A stretch of DNA of 64,000 nt from Thalia democratica (Eukaryota), in the NCBI GenBank assembly GCA_965202585.1, contig OZ241829.1, forward strand, positions 29,884,001 to 29,948,000, in the 5' to 3' direction. The position numbers and the translations under genes were made by a program. The notes under the pieces were generated by a model, which made no database searches, had not been told where the DNA came from, and was given only the letters and a program-made list of their open reading frames with translations. Within the stretch, counting starts at the first letter, position 1. Each line of letters begins with the position of its first letter. This document shows, in pieces, positions 1 to 12,500 of this stretch.

Positions 1-345
1 TTTTGGGTAACAATATTAAACTAGATAATTAAAATTTACAATTGTAAGGCTCCAGAGTAATTATTTAGAACAGCCTTGTGTGACTAAATTTATAGCTGGC
101 GGTCATTTAGTTGATGGATTATGCTATGCGGTCACATTTAGTTTCAGCCATCTAAAAGCAAGAAGTTTCATACTTAAATAGCGTTGTAACTCAAAAATCT
201 TTACATTTTTGTTACCTATAAATGTTTTTATTAAAACATTAAGGCCAGAATTTTTACAGTTTATTTAATACAAAACGATTTTATTTTTTGATTTTTATAG
301 TCAAACTGTTGTTTCAAGCATGTCTATAGTTAACTTGCTTTTTAG

Positions 346-534
346 TTTGTGAAAGTCTGCCGATTGTGAAAAACGCATACATGAGAGTTAATAACTTGCA
401 AGTAAGTTCACCTGGTGTTTACCTCAGTGGAACAGAAGTTATGTACATATGCGAAGATGGTTACGAAATCAAACAACCAAATATCACTTGTGGTTTGGAT
501 GGAAAATGGAGTGACGTTGTCTTCTGTTATCCTA
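346..534 (+). CDS. CCP exon 1 (type D)
   Basis: 189 nt, phase 1-1; CESLPIVKN..CGLDGKW..CYP. Confidence 0.9.
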
Positions 535-3500
535 GTTCGTACTTTAAAACTGTTGTTTATACATATATAATGGAACTTAAGAATTTTATACAACTTATTT
601 AATAATATATTCATTATGAATTTAGATAAATTTTATTTATATTTTTAAGACTAAGTAAGTGTGTCTTAAAAATTTGAACATTTTTATAACTAAAAATTTA
701 ATTTGTTTTCGTAAAAGGTTAGTATACTTTTTTTTAAATATTTTAACAAAACTAAAGAAATAAACAAGTAACACAAGTTTTTTCAATATTTAGTAAATAA
801 CCAAGTTAAAGCTCTACTTGAGTAAAAATTATAAACGTTTTGGCTTTCTCATTTCTAAATTAATTTTAAACTTTGCCTACGGGCTGAAAAATAAAAAAAA
901 TACTGCTTATTTTTTCCACAATTTCAAACAAAGTAGTCTTACAAGTTTGTTTTCTAGTTTGCGGACCACTGCCTGACATACCGAATTCCATCAGAAACAC
1001 AACTGAAGACGTGGAAATAAGTGAAGACGTTTCTCTTGACTTGGTGGTAGAGAATTTTTGTGACACAGGCTTTAACCTGGTACCTCCTGGCGTTGACACC
1101 TTTCTCAGATGCCTTACAAGCGGATCATGGCAGTATGACGATTTTCAATGCCTTAGAGGTGTTTTTGTTTAAACAATATATTTACTAAATGTTATTATGC
1201 AGTAGCTTTAATTATACGTTTCAAAGAAAAGACTTGAGAAAATAAATAGAGACCATTTCCTACAAAAATAAAATGTTGTGTGTAAGAAATAAAACACTTT
1301 ATTCTTATTATAATGCCAAAAACTATTTCAACTATCTAATAACAATAAAAAGTAATTAAATGTTAGGTCATTCTCTCTAAAATCATAAGCTGACTTGTTG
1401 TATAAAGTTTAATTTTGCTGTATAATTTCTACTTATAGTACATTTTATATCTACAAAAAACATCACGGTAAAAAATCCAAAAAACTCTATTGTAAATGAA
1501 GTTTAAATTTTAAAAAATATATATTACGAAAACTTAAAAATAACGACAAGTTGTTAACCTGAAGCAAACGTTTTTAGAATGTCCTCCTTTCAACCAAACG
1601 ACAAACGTGAAGATAACCAACCACACGATGCTCCATGATGAATTGTACGTGTCAGGATCTGTTGTGATCTTTTCCTGTGAAGGTCAAGAGATTTTGAGCG
1701 ATCCAGCAACAAGCATCGTAGGTTGTTCTCAGGACGGATACTGGAACTCATCTTTTCCCACCTGTGAACTAGGTTGGCTAAAGTTAATTATCGTGATATT
1801 TTTGTCTAATTTTTAATATGATTTGTTTTTATTTCAACCTAAAACTTTATTAACGTTTATTTTTGTACTAATCTGAGTTCTAATTTTCTAGAATGTCCAT
1901 CTCCAACATTAGACATTTTGAACGGTTCAGTTCACCTACTAACCCAATTACGCACTGATTACTTTCTCAACGGTGACGTAATAAAATACACGTGTGATGA
2001 GGATTACGAGCTTGTCAGCGGAAATGAAAACCATTACTTCTATGCATGCCAGAGCGGATCTTGGAACAATACAAGGATCCCGCTGTGTATTAAAGGTAAA
2101 AATATATGAAACCTTTAAACAACATTTTCGTAGCGTTTTAACTGCTTATATCGCAAAAGTTATTTAAAGAATTACTAATTTAAATTCTCATTAGCTTAAA
2201 ACTTAGTTATCCACTTGAAGTGATTTAAACCAACTAACAAAGCTATATTATAGTTTATGTTAATAAGATTGATAAGTACCTAAGTTGTTTTTCAAAACTA
2301 ATCGATACTTGCGTACACTCGTAATATCAAGCTCATCTTTAAAATAACTGTAACCTATTCAGAGTGTCCTGAACCACCTGAGAGTCCCCAATCCACGTGG
2401 CAAATCACGCAGTCTTACAGACAGGGAGAGTTTTACACCGGCACCACCGTCACCTACAAGTGTCAGCCTCTTCACGAGTTCGAATGGGACATGCCCGCAG
2501 AACGAACTTGCGACAGAAACGGAAATTGGAACATAGAAGACGCGCCAAAATGCCAACCATGTTAGTTTGTATTTATTTTTTTGTTAGTATGCTTTATATT
2601 TCATTCTTACTTAAGCTTTATTTTATGTTAAGCTGCTAGATTAGACTGTTCGTTAACACACAGCTATCCAAAGTAAAAAGCTAAAACAAAACAGATAATT
2701 TTTTAATTACAACAACAACTTTTCACAGTGTGCGAAGTGCCTCCGTTTGTCGACGATGCTTCCGTTCGAGTGCTGTACGAAACAAGAATTCAAAGCGGCG
2801 AAGTCGTACTGAGCAGGATCGAGTACGAATGTGATCAAGGGCACCTCATCAACGACGAGCTGCTGAGTCAGACTCGATGCTCGTACGGAGCCGTTTGGGA
2901 CTACCAAGAGTTGCCAGTGTGCTTCAAAAGTAAACAATCTAATTAATTTCGTAAAATCTTTAAACTTTTTATACATGATATCTTCACGAAATTATAAACA
3001 GTCTGTGAAGATAAGCCCATCGTGAACAACTCTATGAACAGCACGTATCTGTTCGTTGAAAAAAGAGAGGAAGAATATGTGAAGGGAACGACACTTGAAT
3101 ACAATTGCACTGATAATCACAAGCTCAGTCAACCGGAAACAGTTTGCGGCGTTGATGGAAAATGGACCCCTGAAGTCTACTGTCATCCAGGTAAAATTAT
3201 TTTGCATGTATCTAGTTTAGACTCAATTCTATTTTATAAATAATGAAGACATGATGTAAAAAAGAATGTAAGAGCAAGCTTATGCTTTTTGATTACAGCG
3301 TTCTATAGTATATTACAATGACTAGCTGTTTACGTTTAGACTGTGGAAAATCTGCTACAATACCGAACACGGAAAAGAAAATCATCAAGCAGTTTTCAAT
3401 CTCTAGCAGTTCTTTGTTCGGAAGCAGTAGTCTGGAGTCAGTAGTGGAGTACAGTTGCGTGGGAGACTACCATGTTGTACCCAGTACTGCTGACACCACT

Positions 3501-6500
3501 CACGCTTGTTTGACCGGCGGCTTCTGGAACTTTGACGACTTTGTATGTTTGAAAGGTGATACAAGCAATTTTTTTATGTACAGACTAGACATCTGTACAG
3601 AATACATGTATACACAATTAGTAAATATACTGTAATTTCTCATATTTTTTGTAATACTTCTGATTCCACAATTTTAAGTTTTTCAAATTACATTTTAGTT
3701 TCAATTTTTAGAGTGTCCTGCAATGTCAATAAGCGACCTGATAATCGTCAACGTAACGACGGAAAAAGAAAAGGATAGGCTTTTCAGCGGAACTGTGGTT
3801 GATTTCAAGTGTGTGAACGGGTATAGAATGAACAACTCGACTCTTAGTGAGAACATGTGCTTACCGAACGAAGAGTGGAAACTTGAATTTCCATCGTGTG
3901 TTCCAGGTTAGTTTAGTATTAGATATTTTTTTTAAGAAGTACGACAATTCAAGCTCACTTTAAGGTTTAAAAATCTTAAGAAGTAATGTTTGAAAAGTCG
4001 ACGGTACTAACACTTGTTGTTGTTCTACAGCATGTTCTAAACCTTAAACAAAACAAAGCTGATAAATTATAAAAATGTTTTAGATTGTGGTACTCCTAAA
4101 ACTTTTGACAATGCAACGCTAATTATACAATCAAGCAAAGAAGTTTATGATGAAGAAAGTGTTATAAGTTTGCCTCAGCAAGTAACTTACAACTGTAGCG
4201 CAGGATACGGTTTGGTTAAATTGTCGCATAAGGATGGAATCTGCGTTGGAGGAAAAAATAGTTCGCAGTTTTTATTCGGACCCGAAATGCTGGAGGATTA
4301 TCCGCAATGCGTTTTAGGTATTATAAAACGATAATATTAGTTAAAATGTTTATAACAATAAAAAGAATAATGGGATTAGTGTATTTGTAAGTCTATATAA
4401 TTTTCAAAGCAATAAATAAGCAAATAAAACAAATAAAGATATAGATACGTTCTTTATCAATCAGTAGGACTACTCCTTTATATAAAAATTTCAACAAATC
4501 TTTAAGTTTTCATTACAATAAAGAGGTTTTAATAAAAAACTACTTTTAAAGACTGTGGTGTCCCTAAAAGCTTCCCAAACACAACTGTCGAAGTCACTAT
4601 GAACGAGTCAGACGAAATTTATACGGTAAACACTCTTTTGACTTTTTCTTGCACAGCTGGCTATCAAATTTTACCTGCAGAAGATAATAAGGTTGTTTGT
4701 AATGAAGCAGGTTCATGGGAAGGCGAAGTAGGAGAATGTTACACAGGTGGGCTTTATATTCTAATAACAAAATGCATGTCTAATAAGCAAAAGTAAGGCT
4801 CGTTGGTAGTTTTTGTAAAGCACATAATACATTCTACTTACAACAAAATTTCAACTTGAACATTTTTCAGAAATCCAATGTCTGTCACCCGCGCCTGTGG
4901 TGGGCGCCACATACGAAGTAACAAAATGGGTCTACAACGGCATCTACTTGTCCGGCACTGAGATCAGCTTCACTTGTACTAAAGGTCTCACCATGACCCC
5001 TGATTCTTTCACCGGGAGAGTTTGCAAAAACAACGGGCTTTGGAGCTACCCCGCCAACGGAATCAGGCCAAAATGTGTAAAAGGTTTTTTTTTTTTGTAT
5101 AAAACCATACAATCATGAAGCTTGTATGATTTAGTTTGTTGCTAGCTTTTGATAAAACAAAAGTGTTTGATTTTAGACTGTGGAAAGTTTCCGTCAGTTG
5201 AAAATGGCAGAAAGGTTTTACTTGAATCAGTTATGAAGAACTCTACCTACGCAATAGAAGTCAGCGTTGAGTACATTTGCAATGAAGGTTTTATTTGGAG
5301 CTTGGACAGCCCGACGACTATAAACTGTGGGTTTGGTGTTGACGGTTTGGAATACGAAATAGGAAGATGCGTTGTTGGTAAGAGTAATTTAAATTGTGCT
5401 GATATATGAAAAGTTTATGTCGGTGTGGTAGGAATATTAATGTATTTAAAGATTAAGTTTAACAAATATATGAGTTTAGTCCTTCATATTGTAATTTATT
5501 TTAGTTAAGTTGCAAGTTTTATTAACAAGTTAATGTGACTAATCTAAACTTCGAGAAACACAACTACCTTTTAATACTTAATAGCAATAAAGTTCATAGT
5601 TTTCCAACTACTTTATAGTTATTAAGTTCTTTAACTTACTTTTGCAAATAAAAGCTAGTAGTACAAATGCCCTAGTAAAACTCGCAGTCTTACGTTTGTT
5701 TACACCATAACAAACCACTATGTTTATAACAGAGCTGCCGGAATTACCTGCAGAAATACAGAATGGAAGAGTGATTGTGAACAACAAACCGAGACAGAAC
5801 TCGAGCGTGGTCGGAACAGACATCACGTATGAGTGCGACGGAGACTTCGTTCTTTCAACTGGAACTTCCCAGTTTGTCGGAAACGCCGACGGCACTTGGA
5901 ACAGCGATGATCTCAACCCCATGTGCTTGAGAGGTAACAAAAAGCTAAAATTAGTATTGCAAATAGAGTGAGCGAAAGAACTATGGTTGAAAAAACGCTG
6001 TTTGATAGCTGTTTTACTAACTAATTTTAAGTTTTTGACTCTTTCTATCTTCAAATATAAGAGCAGTTTGTTTACTTCTATTTTTTTATGTTATTTATTT
6101 TTTCTTAGCAGTGCTTGACCTTTTCCTACACTAATACTTTCTGATGATGTTATAGTTAAATACTTTTTTGCAGAATGTCCGGATATACTAGACGTTTTGA
6201 ATGGCTCAATAGTGATAACAAATAAGATTTTGTCTGGACGCATGCTAGCTGGTGATGGGTTCAAGTACAAATGCGATGAAAACTACAAGTTTCACGAAGG
6301 TGCTGAAAGCGATTACAACTACGAATGCCAAGAAAACGGTTCTTGGGACAATGATAGAGCAGCACTTTGTATCACCAGTAAGTTACATTTGTTATATGTA
6401 TGATTTTTTCGATATGCTTCACTTTTAAATTTGAGGTTTTTAGTTTAAACCAACTTTTAGTTCTGACAAGTATTAAGATAATAAAAGCAGTCTCACAACT

Positions 6501-9500
6501 TTTCTGTATCGTTTTTAAGTTTGCTCGTTACAATTTAAAAGATATTATTTGCAGATATTATAAAACGGTTGCAATTCAAAATATGTTAATTTGAAAAAAC
6601 ACTTACAGTTTATTTAACACTCGATTGTTTTCAAGGGTGTCCAGACCCGCCCAAGCTCCCCGCTTTCGTGTCGAGGAAAATTTCCTTCACGCACATCACA
6701 GGTGAGTTTTGGACGGACACGGAGCTGACTTACGAGTGCGAGCCCATGCACAGCTTTCTGTTCGGTGCCAGTAACACTCGTGTCTGCGGCAGAGATGGAC
6801 AATGGGACGATAGCACTGTACCAAGATGTGTTCCAAGTTAGTTGAAAAGTTCGATTTCCGATATATAGTTCAATATGTGGTTTTGACACTCTGGTATTTT
6901 ACATAAGAATAATTCTAACATCAACAATGGCTTTACCTTTTTATCTATTTAAAATTTCACTTTTTAAAGCCACTGAAACTTTTTAAAGAACTACAACTCA
7001 GGGCCTCCTAAAAAGGCCGATTCAATTTAAACGCTTAATTGATTAAAATTTCACCAGTTTGCGAAGCCGCACCGACGGTAGAAAACAGCGGAATAACCAC
7101 CAGTGAACAGACGCTTTCCAACGGTGAAGTTGCCGAAAGCACTGTGACGTACACATGCAACGCGGGGTATTACATTGATGACGAAACGAACAGCGTGTTG
7201 ACATGTGAACTTGGTTCCGTGTGGAGGCCATCGAAGTTGCCTGTGTGTTTGAAAGGTTGCTGTAGTCATCCTTTGTCATAAAGTGTTTTAGCCGTGAAAA
7301 AGCAATAACAGTTTTATCGTTTCAGTTTGTGATCCGGTGCCGGACGTGGCGAACTCGAGAGCTACGTTGAAAACCGACGAATCAAGAGAGGGTGACTACG
7401 TGAGTGGTACAACTTATGAGTTTGAATGCAACCAACACTACGTTCAAAGCCACACCGAGTCAGCTTGTGGCGTCGATGGAAAATGGACTCCCGTGGTTGA
7501 ATGTGTGCCAAGTAAGCAGTTTATGGAGAATTTATTAAAACCAAAATAGGAAACTGATACATAATTGTTTAACGCACAGATTGTAAGTCACCAGCTACAA
7601 TTAAAAACGGTTTCTTCGATATTAATTTGGAGGTTGAAGTTTTGGTCGGTGGTGATGCTAAAACTTTCCAACAAGAGGTAGAATACAGTTGTAACGAAGG
7701 TTACGCGACGGTACCTTCGGCAGAAAATGTTTTGACTTGCAGTGGAAGCACAGGAGAATTTGAGCCATCTTTACCTGAATGCCTTCGTGGTAAAATACTA
7801 TGTATTATTGCAAATGCAAATTTTATAAAAACAATTTTGAAACAACTATGACTTAACTTTATAGATATAAATTATTTAAATATTGAGCTGTTACATTCCC
7901 TTTTAAAAACTAAATAATGGTAACAAAGTAATTTTTTTTTTACAAAACGGTAGCAATAACAAAAATATTAAGGTTAAGAAGTATTTCGTTGTAAATTGTT
8001 TGCAAATAGTGTGTCAATCTAAATAAATCTTTAAAATATCTGTACGATTTTAAACTAAACTTATCTGATGTACAATAGAAAAAGACTATAACATTTCTAC
8101 TCCTATTTTGAATTTTGATAGAGTGCCCCAAACCGCTGAAAGTTGAGAACGGAGAGCACACTGTTCACGAGAGGTACTTGTCCGGAATGTCGGTGAAGTA
8201 CACTTGCTCACCTGGGTACAGGCTCCTACCTGCAAACGAAGACACAATCACATGCACTGATGACGGGTCTTGGTCTGGAGACTTTGGCGGCTGCTATTCA
8301 GGTTAAAGTTGTTTGAAATCTTACTGAGTCGTGAGTTTGCAGCAAGTTTTAGTTACAAAAACAAAAAGCAGCTCTGTATTTCAAAGATTTTTTTTTGTGA
8401 ATTAACAACTTTTACTGCAGAAATCGAGTGTGAAAGCCCGCCTGGCATGGACAACGCCGTGTATGAAGTTCAAAAAGTTATTTATAAAGACGTTTTCCTG
8501 CCCGGCACTGAGCTGAAGTACACTTGCAACGGTGGGTACATCATGGCACCGGAATATTATGTCGGGCTGGTTTGTGGCGAAGATGGTAATTACGCCGCAC
8601 TGAGTACAGTCCCAGGCTTCGCAACCGGAGCTTGCTTGCCAGGTTTGGTTAATTTGTTGTAGTTTAGAAAAGTTAAAGCTTTAAATCACTCGAGTCTGCT
8701 TTCTTTAACTGTCATAACAAACATATTGTTTTTTGTGTTCAGCCTATTTAATTGTATGTAACGACGACTATGTAAGTTTTCTACGTGTAGCAACTTCATT
8801 GTAGCTATTATCTCATATTTTATATTTTGCTATGTTAAATTTAATTCTATTTTGTCAATGATTTAGAAAAAAAACTTTACTATCTTAATAAAAAACTTGC
8901 TCTCAATGAGTATTAACAGTCTAAATTAACATAACGGTTTTATCAACACTTCTGAATTAATTTCAGATTGTGGAGACTGGCCATCAGTAGAAAATGGAGC
9001 CAGAGTCAACCAAGATGTGAGAATGGTAACATTCGAAATTTTTTTAATTTTGTCTGCGAGGTTCTATTGTGACGAAGGGTACATTTATTCAAGAGAAAAC
9101 AGTTTGGTTACTTGCAGTGATCCCACCAGAAAATTGGAATTTGGAAACTGTGTTAAGGGTACATTTTTTTTGCACCTTATTTTAAGTTTTTATACTTAAG
9201 CAACTTTTTGTATAATGCTTGTAAACAAAAAATAACATCAACATTTTATAACTTATGGTTTCTATTACACAATCAAACATTTAGTTCATAAATAAACTAG
9301 TCCAAAAGTATACATAGCCGGAAAATTTTGACTTTTCTAAAATTTTAAATTAAATAAAAAACATTTCCAAGCCACTTATATATTCTTTTCATCAAACTCG
9401 TCCAAATTTTCAAAAACTTTTCAAACATCCATCAGCGTGCCCAGAGATACCAGAAAGCATAGAAAACGGAATAGCAACAGTAGAAGAGAGGCCAAGAGAA

Positions 9501-12500
9501 AACGTGAACGTGTTTGGCATGGTAGTTTCGTACAAATGCAATCAGGGCTACTTTCTTTCAACGCGAACCTCATTGTTTTTATGCGGGGAAAACGGCGAAT
9601 GGAACAGCAAAAACTTGAACCCCAAATGTTTCAAAAGTAAGTAAAGTCACAGTAAACTATAATGTAATTTTTGTTTACTAACGTTTATAACCTTGAATAC
9701 CTTTTCAAAACTTAAGTTCATGTTTTTTTTTACTTTTAAAGAGTGCCCGCCGTTTCCTGATATTACAAATGGCAAAAAAGAAGTGATAAGAAGCGAGAAA
9801 GTGAACGAAACTCATTCCGTGGAAGTCAGCGTGAGGTATGTCTGCACCAAGTGGCTTTTCTACACCCAACAAAGCCCCACTTTGTCTTGTGTTGAAGGTG
9901 GCTTTGACAACGAAGTTGGAAAATGTGTCGAGGGTGAGATTTCAATAAGTAACCTGGAAGAGTATTGATCAAACATTAAATTTATTCTTTAAAGTATACT
10001 TTTTTATGTAAAGTTTTTTTTTTCTTTTTCCAACGTTGTGTAGAAAATAGTAAAGAAAGTATCCAAAACGATTTTCGAACAATTAAATATTTCTTAAGCA
10101 AAAAAGTTTAATTTTAGTTTTTTTATTTTACATTTGTTTTAAAATGTTTACATCTTTTGCTGAAACTTGAACTAACAGTATAAAAAGGTTAATGGAAAGC
10201 TTCAAAGGTTTTATTTTTATTAAAAATACTATACGATGGTCTAAAAATTTCATGTTAATTAAAGCTCGAATTTATTTCACACAGAATGCCCGCCTCTCCC
10301 AGAGTTTCTGTACAGGGGTGAAATAACAGTAAACGCCAATCCGAGGTCGGACATTAAAGTTTTTGTGGCGGGCACAAGCATCACCTTTCAGTGCAACCCA
10401 GGTTATGCGCTGTCATCGCAAAACACCAACTACACTTGTCAAGATGACGGATCTTGGGATAATCAAGACCTTAAACCTGAGTGTTTGAGACGTGAGATAG
10501 CTTCTTTTACTTTAAGCATTTATATTATTTTGTAATATATACACACGTACTTTTTTGATTTTTTTTTTAATTTATTTTTACTTAATTAAGTAAACTCAAT
10601 ATACTATATAATACCAGTTGAACTTTTAACTAAAATTTATGAGAATTTATATTTGTAAGATATATTTTCTTACATTTCTTTGTATATCTTCTAACTGAAT
10701 ATAAGCTAAACAGCTGTATTTGTTACTGTAGCTCAACACACTTCTGAATAAGTTAAAGCTCAATTTTAACTCACAGAATGCCCTGCCCGAGACGGAAACA
10801 ACGTCCAGATCGAAATATCGAAGCAGTTTCGACCTGGTACTTTCGTAGGAGGCGACGTAGTAAAGTACACTTGCAAAGACGGCTACCGGTTTGCAACGGG
10901 GAGCGACAGCGACTACGTGTACTTGTGCGAGCAGAGCGGGTTTTGGAACAGCAGCGAAAATCCTTTGTGCATAACTGGTTTGTTTTTTCATGTTTAATGA
11001 ATTGAGCAACTTAGTATAAAATTTGTTGTTACAAAGTTGGCAGACTACTTTTATGATCGGCAGGCCTGATTTATCGGAAAAAATATTTTGCGGCCGCAAT
11101 TTAAAAAAGTGTTAGCAAGCTGCATATTTTTAAAAGTATACATTATAAACATTAAAAAGAATCTTACATAATAACATTACTACTGTTTATTGAAAACAAA
11201 TTAGAAGCTTATTAATAACAAATATTTCAAAACATGATCCTAATTTGTTTTCAGAACACACACATAAATTGTTTGTTAAACATGTGTACACAGTAGTGTT
11301 TATTAAACAGTATTGATTCAGTACACACTTTTTTTTTTCGATCTTTACAAGATGCTTTCAAACTAAAAAACTACGCCACAGGCCAAATATTTCTGCTGGC
11401 CAGTCAGAACCGGCCCGCAGGCCGTACGTTTCTCGCCCCTGTTACTTTTTGTACAGTTTGAAACATTAACACAGCCTTCGTTCATAGCTGACTGAAAAAC
11501 AGTGTAAATTTCAACACAGAATGTCCTCCGCCACCCAGCAGCAACTTCAGCAGCTCGACAATAGAATTCACCTACTTTGTTAACGAGTACTGGACGTTCA
11601 CGCAAGTTTCCTACACCTGCAACCCCGGCTACACGTTCCTGCCCGGAGAAACAGACAGGCGAGTTTGCGGAGTTGAAAACGAAGACGGCGTGTGGGACAA
11701 TTACAAGGCTCCTGAGTGCGCTCCCGGTCAGTAGTGAACTGTTTTTTTTTAATTATTAAAGAAAAACATTTTTTTTACTAAATAAAGACTTGTAGCTATA
11801 AATTACATGAATCAAATGTAGACATGGTTTATATCAGTTAACCCTTTCAAATACTGTGCTCATTAAATTACTAGAAAACAAAATATGTGCACACTAGACT
11901 GTAAAAATATTAATAAATATTCAATAACAATATTCTTATTTTTTTAGTGTCTTAGTATACAGATAATGAGTTATAAACTATTAATTTAAGTTATAATTAG
12001 CTTTTTTCAATTTTGAAAATATTTTCTCAATTTACTAAATTTATGTGGACAGTGAAATAAAGTTTGTAAACACCGTGAAGACCACTGCTTTGTACACTTT
12101 ATAAAGATTCACTCGTTTTCGTTTTAAAACTTTAGATATGAAACTAAACATCGGTCGTTAAAACAGATTGCAGCGCACCTCCAGCCATACCGTACGCCAG
12201 ATACGAAGCTCCTCTTGTTGACAGGTACTTGTACGGTACTGTTCTCAACTACCAATGTTTAAACGGCTATGCAAACAAAACGACCATCGCTGGCACTATT
12301 GAGTGCAAAGGGGGATCGTGGAGCGAAGCGATAAGGTGTCCGCCCGAAACATTGAAAGGTTTGATTTGCAGTTGATATCATAACTACTTTATATTGCATT
12401 TAAATAAAAAAACTAGTTTTTTTTCTAGTTGAAAGAATTTTTTCAAACTTTCTAGTGTTTTTATATGTACTCTATGTTAACTGTTATTTCGTTTGAGTTG

